This document shows, one piece after another, positions 1 to 10,106 of a stretch of DNA of 64,000 nucleotides. Numbering within the stretch: the first letter of the stretch is position 1; every line of letters starts with the position of its first letter. A program made the translations under genes and the position numbers. The stretch covers positions 192,001 to 256,000 of the forward strand of contig CAWEPK010000010.1 of the NCBI GenBank assembly GCA_963810935.1, read 5' to 3'. This DNA is from an uncultured delta proteobacterium (GTDB taxonomy: Bacteria; Desulfobacterota; Syntrophorhabdia; Syntrophorhabdales; WCHB1-27). Below the pieces are notes generated by a model. It saw nothing but the letters and a program-made list of their open reading frames with translations. It was not told the DNA's origin and made no database searches.

Positions 1-434
1 AATCCGAAGAGGACAACAAAACAATCTTCACGGCGGACGGGTTTTTCAAGACGGGCGATCTGGCCAGGATCGACGAATCGGGGACGATGACGATAACGGG
101 CAGGATCAAGGAGACGATCCTTCGCGGCGGGGAGACGATTAGCGCGGTCGCCATCGAGCATATGATCTGTGCCCATCCGGACGTCGAGGACGCGGCGGTC
201 ATAGGCATGCCTGACCCCACGTTCGGCGAGCGCATCTGCGCATACGTAAGTCTGAAGGAAGGGAAAAGCCTCACCCTTACCGAGCTCGTATCTTTTCTGC
301 GGCGCAACGGCGCTTCAGTCCTCCAACTACCGGAGCGCCTGGAGACGGTGGATACCATCCCGCTCACAAAGGTGGGAAAGGCAGACAAGCTGGCCCTCAA
401 GGGGGACATCAAGAAGAAGCTCGGCCTTACATAG
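1..434 (+). CDS. AMP-binding enzyme / acyl- or aryl-CoA ligase, C-terminal part (5' truncated by window)
   Basis: Frame open from position 3: GFFKTGDLARIDESGTMTITGRIKETILRGGE...IPLTKVGK, the C-terminal motifs of ANL adenylate-forming enzymes. Confidence 0.9.
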   Translation, partial: SEEDNKTIFTADGFFKTGDLARIDESGTMTITGRIKETILRGGETISAVAIEHMICAHPDVEDAAVIGMPDPTFGERICAYVSLKEGKSLTLTELVSFLRRNGASVLQLPERLETVDTIPLTKVGKADKLALKGDIKKKLGLT

Positions 435-467
435 ACCGCGGGAACCAGAAACTGAAGGAGGCGGTAC

Positions 468-2075
468 ATGGACAGGAGCATGATACTCAAGGAGCTTTGC
501 CGGTACAGGATCGACACCTATGCCGATGTGATATACAGAAACGCCCTGCTGCGGCCGGATGACCTGGCGTTTGCGTGCGGAGAAAAGAGGGTCAGCTTCG
601 CGGACTTCAACGGGCGGGTAAACAGCATTGTCTGGGGCTTGCGCTCGCTGGGGCTGAAGAAAGGCGACGGCATCGGCGTCCTTGCCTGGAACTGTCTCGA
701 ATGTACCGATGTTAACGGCGCGGCAATGAAGGGCGGCTTCATCGTATCGCCGTTCAGCCCGAGGCTGCAAGGCCAGGAGCTGGAGTACCTCATCAATTAT
801 TCCGAGGTCAAGGCGCTCTTCGTCGGCCCGGACTTCATCGAAGAGGCGGAGCGGCTGCGGCCGCGCCTCCCCAACGTGCGCCACTATATCTGCCTGGAAG
901 GCGAAGCGGCCGGCATGATTCCGCACAGCCGCCTTCTTGCGGACTTCACGACGGACGAGCCGGATGAAGACGTAAAGGAAGACGACCCGTTCATCATATT
1001 TTTCACTAGCGGGACGACCGGCATCCCCCGGGGGGCCGTCTATTCGCACATCCGCAAGCTTTCGGAGGCCCGGACAAAGGCCCTGCAGGTGGGCTTGAGG
1101 CCCGGATTGAAGCACATTATGATCCTGCCCCTCTTCCATATAGGCGGCTGGTCGCACTTCTGGTCGTTCTTTTATGTCGGGGCAAGCAACGTCATCGTCG
1201 AAAAAGGGGCCTTCGACCCGGCCGGGACGCTTCAGATCGTTCAGGACGAGAAGGCGACGGACATTCATATAGTACCGACGCACCTCGTCTCCTTTCTTCG
1301 CGTCCCCGATGTGGGCCGCTACGACCTGAGTAAATTATTGAGGATGTGGTATGCGTCCTCGCCGATGCCTACCGAATTGCTCCGCAGGGGCATCGATGCT
1401 TTCGGAGAGATTTTCGCGCAGGGCTACGGCCAGTCGGAATCGGGGCCCGACATCTCCATACTGTCGAAAGAATCACACGAGGTCCTCGGAAAAGGTCCCG
1501 AAGAACAGAAAGTGCTGGCGTCCGCCGGGCAGCCCTGCATCGGCGTGCACGCGAGGATCGTTGACGACGACGGCAAGGACGCCCGGCCGGGGGCAGTCGG
1601 AGAGATAGTGCTGCAGAGCAAGGCGATCATGGTCGGCTACTGGAAGAAGCCCGAGGAGACGCAAAGCGCGATGGCGGGCGGCTGGCTGCACACGGGCGAC
1701 ATGGGATATTACGACGACAAGGGCTTTATCTACATCGTCGACCGCAAGAAAGACATGATAATAACGGGCGGGGAAAACGTCTACCCGAGAGAGATCGAAG
1801 AGGTCCTTTACGCCCATCCGGCCGTGCTGGAGGCGTCTGTTTTCGGGGTGCCGGACGAAAGATGGGTCGAGCGGGTCCACGCAGTCATCGTGCTGAAAGA
1901 CGGGCAAACCGAGACCGCGGAAGGGATAATCGCCTTCTGCAAAGAACGGCTCGCACGATACAAGGCGCCGGGTTCGGTAGAGTTCGTCAAGTCCCTGCCG
2001 AAAAATCCGCAGGGGAAGATCCTGAAACGGGACATCCGGCAAAAGTACTGGGAAGGAAAAGACCGGAAGATATAG
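468..2075 (+). CDS. long-chain fatty acid-CoA ligase family (ANL) protein
   Basis: FTSGTTGIPRG P-loop, YGQSE, WLHTGDMG, DRKKDMIITGGENVYP, PKNPQGK; AAGGAGG RBS upstream. Confidence 0.92.
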   Translation: MDRSMILKELCRYRIDTYADVIYRNALLRPDDLAFACGEKRVSFADFNGRVNSIVWGLRSLGLKKGDGIGVLAWNCLECTDVNGAAMKGGFIVSPFSPRLQGQELEYLINYSEVKALFVGPDFIEEAERLRPRLPNVRHYICLEGEAAGMIPHSRLLADFTTDEPDEDVKEDDPFIIFFTSGTTGIPRGAVYSHIRKLSEARTKALQVGLRPGLKHIMILPLFHIGGWSHFWSFFYVGASNVIVEKGAFDPAGTLQIVQDEKATDIHIVPTHLVSFLRVPDVGRYDLSKLLRMWYASSPMPTELLRRGIDAFGEIFAQGYGQSESGPDISILSKESHEVLGKGPEEQKVLASAGQPCIGVHARIVDDDGKDARPGAVGEIVLQSKAIMVGYWKKPEETQSAMAGGWLHTGDMGYYDDKGFIYIVDRKKDMIITGGENVYPREIEEVLYAHPAVLEASVFGVPDERWVERVHAVIVLKDGQTETAEGIIAFCKERLARYKAPGSVEFVKSLPKNPQGKILKRDIRQKYWEGKDRKI

Positions 2076-2102
2076 GGCTTACCGGCTGTCCCCATATATA
2101 GC

Positions 2103-2690
2103 CTAGTGGAAGAACGGAAGGTGGAAGAGCATCGTATATCCGTTGAGCGAGAGCACGGCGCCGAGCACCGCAAAAACCACCGAGAAAATGAAGGCAGGCA
2201 TGGATGCCGATAGGATGGCTATCGAAGCCATGACTACCGATATCTGGAGAAGCGCCTCGGCGAAGTCGAAGTAAGGGTCGCGCTTCTTGTAGATGTCCCG
2301 CTCGTGCTCGGCCTTTTTCGCCTCGCGCTCGATCTCTTTCTTCTCTGACGCGTACCGGGCCTCTTCTTCCGCCATTTTGTTGATCCGGGCCTGGAAATGC
2401 TCGCGCACCTCCGCACGCATGGTCCCCTGCCTCTCGATAAAATTGGCTTCCATGCTCAGCCGCTGCACGCGGTACATGTTTTCCCGCATCGCCTTCGCCT
2501 GGTAATACGCCCATTGGTTAGATGCCTCCTGCTGGAAGAGCAGCATTTCTTTCATGGCGTTGTTGCCGCCGAGCGCCGTTATCGCCAGGGCCACAGCATA
2601 GCATGCCGTAGCAAGGGCCACACGTTTCGTAAACGTCTTGGAACCCGCTTCTTCAAGCTCGTGGACGTTCGGCAGCTCGGTTTCCGCCAT
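2103..2690 (-). CDS. DUF4337-like membrane protein
   Basis: N-terminal TM helix, ASNQWAYYQAK motif, coiled coil, two C-terminal TM helices; ATG at 2690 preceded by GGAGG. Confidence 0.8.
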   Translation of the reverse strand: MAETELPNVHELEEAGSKTFTKRVALATACYAVALAITALGGNNAMKEMLLFQQEASNQWAYYQAKAMRENMYRVQRLSMEANFIERQGTMRAEVREHFQARINKMAEEEARYASEKKEIEREAKKAEHERDIYKKRDPYFDFAEALLQISVVMASIAILSASMPAFIFSVVFAVLGAVLSLNGYTMLFHLPFFH

Positions 2691-2855
2691 GATGACCTCC
2701 TCGCATTTTTTCCCCCCGGCCGCTTTCAAAAGCAGCGGAGACGGGCGTGGGGTCAATTATACTATGGGCGCCATCCGGGGAGCAAGGTCGTCCCCGGAGT
2801 ACCCGCCGGCGGCCTGCACGGGGTACACTTTTTTCCACAAACCCCCATCCGCTGG

Positions 2856-2884
2856 TTGACAAAAGATAGGGGCGTTACCAGATT
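2856..2884 (+). promoter_or_regulatory. putative sigma70 promoter upstream of the polysaccharide operon
   Basis: TTGACA (2856-2861), 17 nt spacer, CAGATT (2879-2884). Confidence 0.4.
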
Positions 2885-3048
2885 TCTCATAGGGGTTAAG
2901 GGGCGCCCCGTAAAAAGTCGCATTCGCCTGCTTCCATTACGGCGCTCCTTTAATTTAACGTACGTCCTGCCAATCTGTGACATTCCCCATAACCATCCGT
3001 GATCGAATCGTGGCCTGTCCATTTCATTCGCCGGCGTCCAGGGCTAAC

Positions 3049-3060
3049 GGCGGTAGCGCA
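3049..3060 (+). promoter_or_regulatory. ops-like (operon polarity suppressor) element
   Basis: GGCGGTAGCGCA vs enterobacterial ops GGCGGTAGCGTG, ~80 nt before the first gene of a long polysaccharide operon. Confidence 0.4.
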
Positions 3061-3139
3061 CCCGGCTTAAGGCCTCGGGCCGCACCGGCCTGGGTCAAAA
3101 TCATGAGGAGCACGTTTCCACGACGTTCCACCCACGGGA

Positions 3140-5054
3140 GTGTTCATGTCTACAATAGCGCATCAGCAATTCTTCCCGAGCATCTTCAACGATTTCAGGC
3201 GCGTGGCAGTGATCGGCTCCGACATCGGATTGATATGCCTTTCGTATATCTCTGCCTTTGCCGTCCGGTTCGAGATGGGCATCCCCCCGGACATCGCCAG
3301 GGTAATGCTCCACACACTGCCGCTCGTCATCCTGGTCCGGTTCGCGACTTTCTGGTATTGCGGGATGTACAGGGGGCTGTGGAGGTTCGCCAGCGTCATC
3401 GACACTTTTCAGATCGTCAAGTCGGTCCTCATAAGCTCCGTGCTCCTGATAGTTACCTTCTATTTGATCAACAAATTTGACGGCTATCCGAGGAGCATAT
3501 TCCTCATAGACGGCCTTTGCCTGTTCGTCCTCGTCGGCGGGTCTCGGTTCATCACCCCCTTCATCAGCGAGATTAAGCGCGTTAAGGACCCCGGCGGGAA
3601 GAGGATATTGATCGTCGGCGCGGGCTCGGCCGGTGAATCGGTCCTCCGCCAGATCATCAAGACGCCTTCTCTCCACTATAAGCCCGTGGGGCTCATCGAC
3701 GACGACCCGAAAAAAGCGGGCCTGTCGATCCACGGCACAAAAGTGCTCGGGGGCGCTTCGAAAATACCGGAGATAGTGAGACAGACTCCGTGCGGAAGAG
3801 ATCATATTCGCCGTCCCGTCGGCAACCGGCAGCCAGATGCGGCGCATAGTCGATATATGCAAAGAGTGCGGAGTGGCCTACAAGACCTTACCCAGCATTG
3901 CGGACATCATGGACGGAAAGGCGAACGTCGGCGCGCTCCGGCAGGTCGATTTCGCGGACCTGATCGGCCGCCCTCCGGTAAGGCTCGATACGAAAGGCAT
4001 CAGGGAGTACCTGGACGGAAGGACGGTACTGGTCACCGGATGCGGGGGCTCGATAGGGTCCGAGCTGTGCCGGCAGATCGTCCGGTTCGGGCCGGGACAG
4101 ATCGTCCTTATGGATTCGTCCGAAGAAAACCTGTTCAAGATCCAGATGCAGTTAAAGCACGAGATGCACTTCCCTGCCATCCTCCCCGTCCTAGGCCGTG
4201 TGCAGAACCGCCCTCTCACCGAGAGTGTCTTCCAAAGATATTCTCCCGAGGTCGTCTTCCACGCGGCAGCGTGCAAGCACGTGCCTATGGCTGAAATCAA
4301 TCCCTGGGAAGCGGTATTCAATAACGTCATGGCGAGCCGGGTGCTTACCGATCTGGCAGTCGACCACGGGGTGCATCGGTGCGTCTTCGTCTCTACCGAC
4401 AAGGCGGTGCAGCCGTCGAACGTGATGGGCGCCACCAAGCGCATTACGGAGCTGCTGATCCATAGCGCCGAAGGCCCCGGATCGCGCTTCATGGCTGTCA
4501 GGTTCGGCAACGTAGTGGGGTCCTCGGGATCGGTCGTCCCCCTGTTCAGGCGGCAGATTGAGTACGGCGGGCCGGTGACCGTGACTGCGCCGGAGGCGAC
4601 CCGCTACTTCATGACCATCCCGGAGGCCGTCCAGTTGATCCTCCAGGCAGCCGCCCTCGGGAGGGGCGGCGAAATCTTCGTCCTCGATATGGGCACCCCC
4701 ATCAAGATAGTCGACCTCGCCCTGGACCTCATCCGGCTTTCCGGAAAGGAGCCGGAGAGGGACATCGAGATCGTGTTCACGGGCTTAAGGGAAGGAGAGA
4801 AGCTTCACGAAAAGCTGGCAACGCCGGACGAATCTTTGCTGCCGACAAGCCACGAAAAGATACTCGTCCTCAAGAACGGCGTACCTCGTAACGGGTTCGC
4901 CTCTAAGACCGACTTCAAGGTTTGGCTCTACGGTAAGCTGGAGGAGCTGAACCGGGCGGCCCTCGCCTTTGACTCGGAGGGGATCAAACAGAAGATGCAG
5001 GAGATCGTGCCCGAATATACGCCCAACGACACGAAAAGCGTATTGAGGAACTGA
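3140..5054 (+). CDS. CapD/WbpM/PglF-type membrane-bound UDP-sugar 4,6-dehydratase; apparent +1 frameshift at ~3782
   Basis: N-terminal TM helices and LIVGAGSAG in ORF 3140; removing C3782 gives ...IVRRLRAEEIIFAVPSA, joining ORF 3837 with VTGCGGSIG, STDKA, MGATK, VRFGNVVGSSGSVVPLF. Confidence 0.9.
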
Positions 5055-5980
5055 TGGCGGAGGAGGCCGGTCTGTTGAACCTTGTCCCTATTGCTGCGGC
5101 TTTTCTGTCGGCCCTCATTCTGACCCCGGTCGGCATTCTCCTGTCCAGGAGGACGCCCCTCGTTGATACGCCCGACGGCACTACCCTTAAGATACACGGC
5201 CGCCCCGTGCCGAACCCCGGAGGGTTGATACTGGCCGCCTCCCTGCTCCCTGTTGTAGTCCTCTTTGCGTGGCACGGCAGGGAGATGCGTGTAATTATAA
5301 TAGGTGCGATGGCCTCTCTTGGCCTGGGACTGATCGATGACCTTAAAGGTTTGAAGCCGTTGACCAGGCTCCTTGCCGAGACGGCCCTTGCCTGCGGCGT
5401 GGCATGGGGAGGACTGACGGCTGCCCTTTTCCACTCGCCCGTCCTTGATTGTGCGCTTGCCGCGCTGATCGTAGTCAGCGCCATAAATGCCGTTAACCTT
5501 CTGGACGGCATGGACGGCCTTGCCTCCGGCGTAGTCGCCATCTGTTGCGCCGCCTTTGCAGTCTTCTCGTACTTTAAGGGCGACCAGCCGGCCTTTCTAC
5601 TTACGTCTGTCGCCCTTGCTGCCTTCGTCGGTTTCCTGCCGTACAATTTTCATCCGGCGTCGATCTTCCTCGGCAACTCGGGCAGCTCGCTATCCGGCTT
5701 TCTCCTTGCCGGATTGATGATCCTCTCATTGCGCGCCGCGCCGACGCCCGCAGGGTTCGCAGGGTCCCTGCTCATCGTCGGCCTTCCGGCCGCAGACACG
5801 GCCTTTGCGATTTTAAGGCGAATAAGGTCCGGAAGACGCATTACGGTGGGCGACCGCGACCATTTCTACGACAAGCTGCTAAGGAAAGGTTTTTCGCAGA
5901 AGCAATCGGCAGTCATCGGATACACCGCCGCCGCGTCATTTGCGGCTTTGGGTCTCGCCCTCCTTCTTGCAGGAGCCTGA
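5054..5980 (+). CDS. MraY/WecA/TagO family undecaprenyl-phosphate sugar-1-phosphate transferase
   Basis: Polytopic membrane protein; GLIDD, NAVNLLDGMDGL, YNFHPASIFLGNSG, DRDH motifs. Confidence 0.9.
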   Translation: MAEEAGLLNLVPIAAAFLSALILTPVGILLSRRTPLVDTPDGTTLKIHGRPVPNPGGLILAASLLPVVVLFAWHGREMRVIIIGAMASLGLGLIDDLKGLKPLTRLLAETALACGVAWGGLTAALFHSPVLDCALAALIVVSAINAVNLLDGMDGLASGVVAICCAAFAVFSYFKGDQPAFLLTSVALAAFVGFLPYNFHPASIFLGNSGSSLSGFLLAGLMILSLRAAPTPAGFAGSLLIVGLPAADTAFAILRRIRSGRRITVGDRDHFYDKLLRKGFSQKQSAVIGYTAAASFAALGLALLLAGA

Positions 5981-5981
5981 T

Positions 5982-7196
5982 ATGTGCGCAAAAACTACCG
6001 AGATACCGCTTTCCGCGCCCGACATCACGCAAGCGGAGATCGCCCTCGTCTGCTCGGTCCTGAAGACGTCTCACCTGAGTCTCGGACCGAAGCTGCCGGA
6101 GTTCGAAGAGGCATTCGCCCGCTACATCGGGACCAAGTTTGCAGTGGCGGTGAATAGCGGGACTTCCGGCCTGCACCTGTGCGTCAGGAGCCTGGGCATA
6201 GGTCCCGGCGACGCGGTGATCACGACGCCTTTCAGCTTCATCGCATCGGCCAACTGCCTCATCTTCGAGCGCGCCGTCCCCGTCTTTATAGACATAGACG
6301 AACGGACGCTCAATATCGACCCTGCGAGGATCGCCGCATACCTCAGGAAAGAATGCCGTAAAGGCCGGACGGGTTTTCCGGTAGATAAGAAATCGGGAAA
6401 GACGGTCCGCGCCATATTGCCCGTGCATGTCTACGGGAACCCCTGCGATATGGACGCCATAAAGGAGATCGCAACGGAGCACCGCCTCGCAGTCATAGAA
6501 GATGCATGTGAGGCCATAGGGGCCGAATTGAACGGCGTCAGAGCGGGCGCCCTCGGAAACGCCGGGGTCTTCGGCTTCTATCCGAACAAGCAGATGACAA
6601 CGGGGGAAGGCGGCATGATAGTCACCGACGATGAGAAGACGGCCCGGCTTTGCAGACAGCTTCGGAACCAGGGACGCGCAACCGGCAACGGATGGCTGGA
6701 ACACGACATGGTCGGTTATAACTACCGGCTGAGCGAGCTGTCGTGCGCCCTGGGGCTTGCACAGCTCGAAAGGATCGATGAGATACTCGCGAAACGGGCG
6801 CGCGTCGCGGCGCTTTATACGGGCCTGCTGGATGCATCGGTCGCTATCCCGTCATTACAGACCGGCGCAAAGAGGAGCTGGTTCGTCTACGTGGTCCTCC
6901 TTTCCGGAGACTATTCCGGCAGCCACAGGGACTCGCTGCTGGCGCAATTGGCCGAGAAGCGGATCGGGTGCAGCAATTATTTCCCGCCCATCCACCTGCA
7001 GCCCTTCTACAAAAAGAGTTTCGGGTACAGGGAGGGCGATTTCCCCATCACGGAAAGCGTCTCGCGCAGGACCGTTGCCCTGCCTTTTCACAACAACCTG
7101 AGCAAGGAGGAGGTGTCCCGCGTCGTTGCAACGTTCGAGGGGCTCCTATCTTGTATGGCCCCCGGCAATGCCGCATCGACGGCAGGCATCGCTTAA
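5982..7196 (+). CDS. DegT/DnrJ/EryC1/StrS family PLP sugar aminotransferase
   Basis: NSGTSGLHL, PVHVYG, IEDACEA, FYPNKQMTTGEGG, GYNYRL; ATG at 5982 after AGGAG. Confidence 0.92.
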   Translation: MCAKTTEIPLSAPDITQAEIALVCSVLKTSHLSLGPKLPEFEEAFARYIGTKFAVAVNSGTSGLHLCVRSLGIGPGDAVITTPFSFIASANCLIFERAVPVFIDIDERTLNIDPARIAAYLRKECRKGRTGFPVDKKSGKTVRAILPVHVYGNPCDMDAIKEIATEHRLAVIEDACEAIGAELNGVRAGALGNAGVFGFYPNKQMTTGEGGMIVTDDEKTARLCRQLRNQGRATGNGWLEHDMVGYNYRLSELSCALGLAQLERIDEILAKRARVAALYTGLLDASVAIPSLQTGAKRSWFVYVVLLSGDYSGSHRDSLLAQLAEKRIGCSNYFPPIHLQPFYKKSFGYREGDFPITESVSRRTVALPFHNNLSKEEVSRVVATFEGLLSCMAPGNAASTAGIA

Positions 7197-7199
7197 CCC

Positions 7200-8426
7200 A
7201 TGCGCACGTTCCATCCCGGAAAATCTATCGTCGCACTGACGCTCTTCCTTGTTGCGGCTGCGCCGGTCTTTGCGTCCCGGGCGCTCCCCGCTTCTTCAGA
7301 GGTGAGAGAACAGGTAATTTTCGATGTCCGCGATGCGAAAACCGAACATCCGATTTCGTATATCGCCTTCCTCGGGGACTATGGCCTGACCAGGAGGCAG
7401 TACGATGCCATGGACGGACAAAGCAGGCATGATCTCAACACCATGCTCGCTTACCTCGGCCGCAAGGGCGATATCATAGTGAACTTCGAGTTCCTGCCGC
7501 CAACGTCCGACATTTTTTCCATCGATTTTCTCCGCGACAACCACGTGACAGGGGCAATCGTATCGAATAATCACGCCTGTGACGGCGGCGCGCCGGCACT
7601 GCAAGACAGCGCAAGGCAATTATCACAGAAGAGGGTCGAGCCTTTCGGCACGCTCGATATGCCCTCCTTAAGCCTTACGCGGAACGGGTCGAAGTACGCC
7701 GTCTATGCGCTCACGGAGGCGCTCGATATCTCCTGCAAGGGCGTCAATACGGCAAAGGCGCGGGACCACAGGTCGGAGATAGGCAGCCTCGCCCGCTCCC
7801 GCACGGTGATAGTCTATGCCCACGACCCCGGCCCGTCTTTTTACGTGACCGACTATGAGGAGAAGACGGCGCGGCGCTACCTGGACATGGGGGCAAGCGT
7901 CGTCGTAATCGACGGCAGCCACAACATGAAGGGCGCCAGGCGGTACGGCAGCGCCATCGGCCTGTTCGGCCTTGGCAATTTCCTTCTGACGTACAGGGAC
8001 CCGGACGATTACCTGAGCGTGGCCGCCATCGTCGGCTTCGACGGGGGAAAGCCCGTCTACCTGGGCATAATCCCGTTCTACGACAAGCGGGGGGCCGTCT
8101 TCCGCCTGCTCCACGGCAAGCAGCTCGATGCGGCCACAAGCCTCTACCGGGAGCGCGGGTTGCCGGCGGGCGGGCGGGCCTACAGCGACACCTCCACGAT
8201 CAAGCTCGTGCGCAGCTCGGTCGTCAGCCTGCTGCACGGCAGGAACATCGAGCGGATCAAGTGGAAGCACATCTCAATCTTCTTGAACTTCCTCTACCAC
8301 AACTACTTCTGGTCCTGTTGCTTACTCGCGGCCTTTCTCACCCTCTCTCTGGTCCAGGGCGGAAGGGTCGTCAGAAAGACGGTTCGAAGACGTTGCGCCG
8401 CCGCATCGACAAAAATTCACCTGTAA
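7200..8426 (+). CDS. CapA-family (metallophosphatase-fold) exported protein with C-terminal TM anchor
   Basis: Signal peptide; degenerate CapA motifs FLGD, VNFE, SNNH, YAH, DGSH, GLGNF; C-terminal hydrophobic helix plus basic tail. Confidence 0.65.
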   Translation: MRTFHPGKSIVALTLFLVAAAPVFASRALPASSEVREQVIFDVRDAKTEHPISYIAFLGDYGLTRRQYDAMDGQSRHDLNTMLAYLGRKGDIIVNFEFLPPTSDIFSIDFLRDNHVTGAIVSNNHACDGGAPALQDSARQLSQKRVEPFGTLDMPSLSLTRNGSKYAVYALTEALDISCKGVNTAKARDHRSEIGSLARSRTVIVYAHDPGPSFYVTDYEEKTARRYLDMGASVVVIDGSHNMKGARRYGSAIGLFGLGNFLLTYRDPDDYLSVAAIVGFDGGKPVYLGIIPFYDKRGAVFRLLHGKQLDAATSLYRERGLPAGGRAYSDTSTIKLVRSSVVSLLHGRNIERIKWKHISIFLNFLYHNYFWSCCLLAAFLTLSLVQGGRVVRKTVRRRCAAASTKIHL

Positions 8427-8444
8427 CCTGTTCCGGGCAACCCG

Positions 8445-10106
8445 ATGAACTATACCTCGATTAACTTCTGGGTCCTTTTTCTGGGCGTGATCTGCGTCTA
8501 CTGGCGACTCTCGCACAGGCAGCAGAACAGGCTGCTTCTGGTCGTCAGCTACGTTTTTTACGGCCTCTGGGACTATCGCTTTCTTTTCCTCATACTTACA
8601 TCTACGCTGATCGACTACATAGGCGGCCTGGGGCTTTTTGGCACAAGGCTGCCCCGGAGAAAACTGCTGGGCCTCGGAGCGCTTTTCATCGGCAGCGCCT
8701 TCCTCCTCTGCAGTCATATAGATTACGGCCTGCTCCGCTCGCTCGTTCTGAAAGGCAATCTACTGACCGGACTGTCGATGTCCCTGCCCCATACTCTCGG
8801 AGACTTCAAGGTCCCTATCGCCGCCGGCTTATCGTGCCTCGGCTATGTCATTGCGCTGCCCAGGCTCTACAGCCTTGGCCCGAAGGCACGCCGCATCGCG
8901 TTTTTGACGATAAGCATGGTGGGCAACCTGGGCATCCTCTGCTTCTTTAAATACCATGATTTCTTCATGGGCAGCCTGAAAGACCTCTTCGTCTCCCTAG
9001 GTCTCGGCGACCCGGGCTTCGTCGTGCTCCGCCTCATCCTCCCTGCGGGGATCAGCTTCTACACGTTCCAGGCGATGAGTTATACCATCGACATCTACAG
9101 GGGTCGCGTCGAGCCGACTAACAACTTTTCCGACTTCGCACTGTTCGTCTGCTTCTTCCCCCACCTGATCGCCGGCCCTATCATGCGCGCCCATACGCTC
9201 CTGCCGCAGGTCACCGGGAAGCGCTCCCCCGCCCCTGGCGCCTTCGTGGAAGGCCTTCAGCTCGTCCTCCTGGGGCTCTTCAAAAAACTCGTCATAGCGG
9301 ACAACATGGCGCCACTCGTGAACGCGGTTTTCCTCCCCTTCCAGGACGGGACGGCGGCGACCGCGAACGGCCTGGAGATCATGATGGGCGTCTACGCCTT
9401 CGCGTTCCAGATATACGGGGACTTTGCAGGGTACTCGGCCGTCGCAAGGGGCATATCGAAATGGCTCGGCTTCGAGTTGGTCGTCAATTTCGACCATCCC
9501 TATCTTTCGACGAGCCCTCGCGAGCTGTGGCGGCGCTGGCATATCAGCCTTTCGAGCTGGCTCCGGGACTACCTCTATATCCCCCTCGGCGGCAACAGGG
9601 GAAGCAGCGCAAGGACGCTCGGGAACCAGATGCTGACGATGGGTCTCGGCGGTTTGTGGCACGGGGCCAATTGGACCTTTATCCTCTGGGGCCTTTACCA
9701 CGGGGCTATCCTGGCGGTCGCGCGCTTCTTCAAGGTGCGGGACCTCAACTTCTCCGGACCGATAAAGGAAAGGCTCGCTTTCATTCTCCGCGTCTTTGTC
9801 ATGTTCAATCTGACCTGCCTGGGATGGCTCTTCTTCAGGGCGGACAGCCTCGCTACGATAGGCAGGATGCTGCGCGCCGCGACGAGCCTCCATGCGAGTG
9901 TCCTGGCCGTGGCAGCGGGCGCAACCATCCTTTTTTACTGCGGCCCGTTGTTCCTTATAGAGGTTTGGACCGGGGGTGAGAAGCGGCTCGGGAGAATATC
10001 AGGGTCCCACTGGGCGTTCCAGAGCGCCCTTTATTGCTACCTTTTATTCATGCTCGTCATCTTCAGGGCGGACCAGATCCACGAGTTCATTTACTTCCAA
10101 TTCTGA
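8445..10106 (+). CDS. MBOAT family O-acyltransferase (AlgI/PatA/DltB-like)
   Basis: LPAGISFYTFQ, FFPHLIAGPI, QIYGDFAGY, WRRWHISLSSWLRDYLYIPLGGNR, GLWHGANW, C-terminal FIYFQF. Confidence 0.95.
   Translation: MNYTSINFWVLFLGVICVYWRLSHRQQNRLLLVVSYVFYGLWDYRFLFLILTSTLIDYIGGLGLFGTRLPRRKLLGLGALFIGSAFLLCSHIDYGLLRSLVLKGNLLTGLSMSLPHTLGDFKVPIAAGLSCLGYVIALPRLYSLGPKARRIAFLTISMVGNLGILCFFKYHDFFMGSLKDLFVSLGLGDPGFVVLRLILPAGISFYTFQAMSYTIDIYRGRVEPTNNFSDFALFVCFFPHLIAGPIMRAHTLLPQVTGKRSPAPGAFVEGLQLVLLGLFKKLVIADNMAPLVNAVFLPFQDGTAATANGLEIMMGVYAFAFQIYGDFAGYSAVARGISKWLGFELVVNFDHPYLSTSPRELWRRWHISLSSWLRDYLYIPLGGNRGSSARTLGNQMLTMGLGGLWHGANWTFILWGLYHGAILAVARFFKVRDLNFSGPIKERLAFILRVFVMFNLTCLGWLFFRADSLATIGRMLRAATSLHASVLAVAAGATILFYCGPLFLIEVWTGGEKRLGRISGSHWAFQSALYCYLLFMLVIFRADQIHEFIYFQF

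Noticed and set aside
327..1283. Long antisense or alternative-frame ORFs (e.g. 327-1283, 13314-14594, 23460-24698, 37365-38480, 42210-43403, 52068-53084, 54398-55765, 56797-57870)
   Set aside because: They overlap well-supported genes, lack recognisable motifs, and are expected shadows of GC-rich codon usage.
3011..3026. Sigma54-like promoter TGGCCTGTCCATTTCA before the polysaccharide operon
   Set aside because: Spacing fits, but the near-invariant -12 GC is TC; too weak to call.
7200..8426. Poly-gamma-glutamate capsule synthesis
   Set aside because: Only a CapA-like domain is present; no CapB/CapC in the window.
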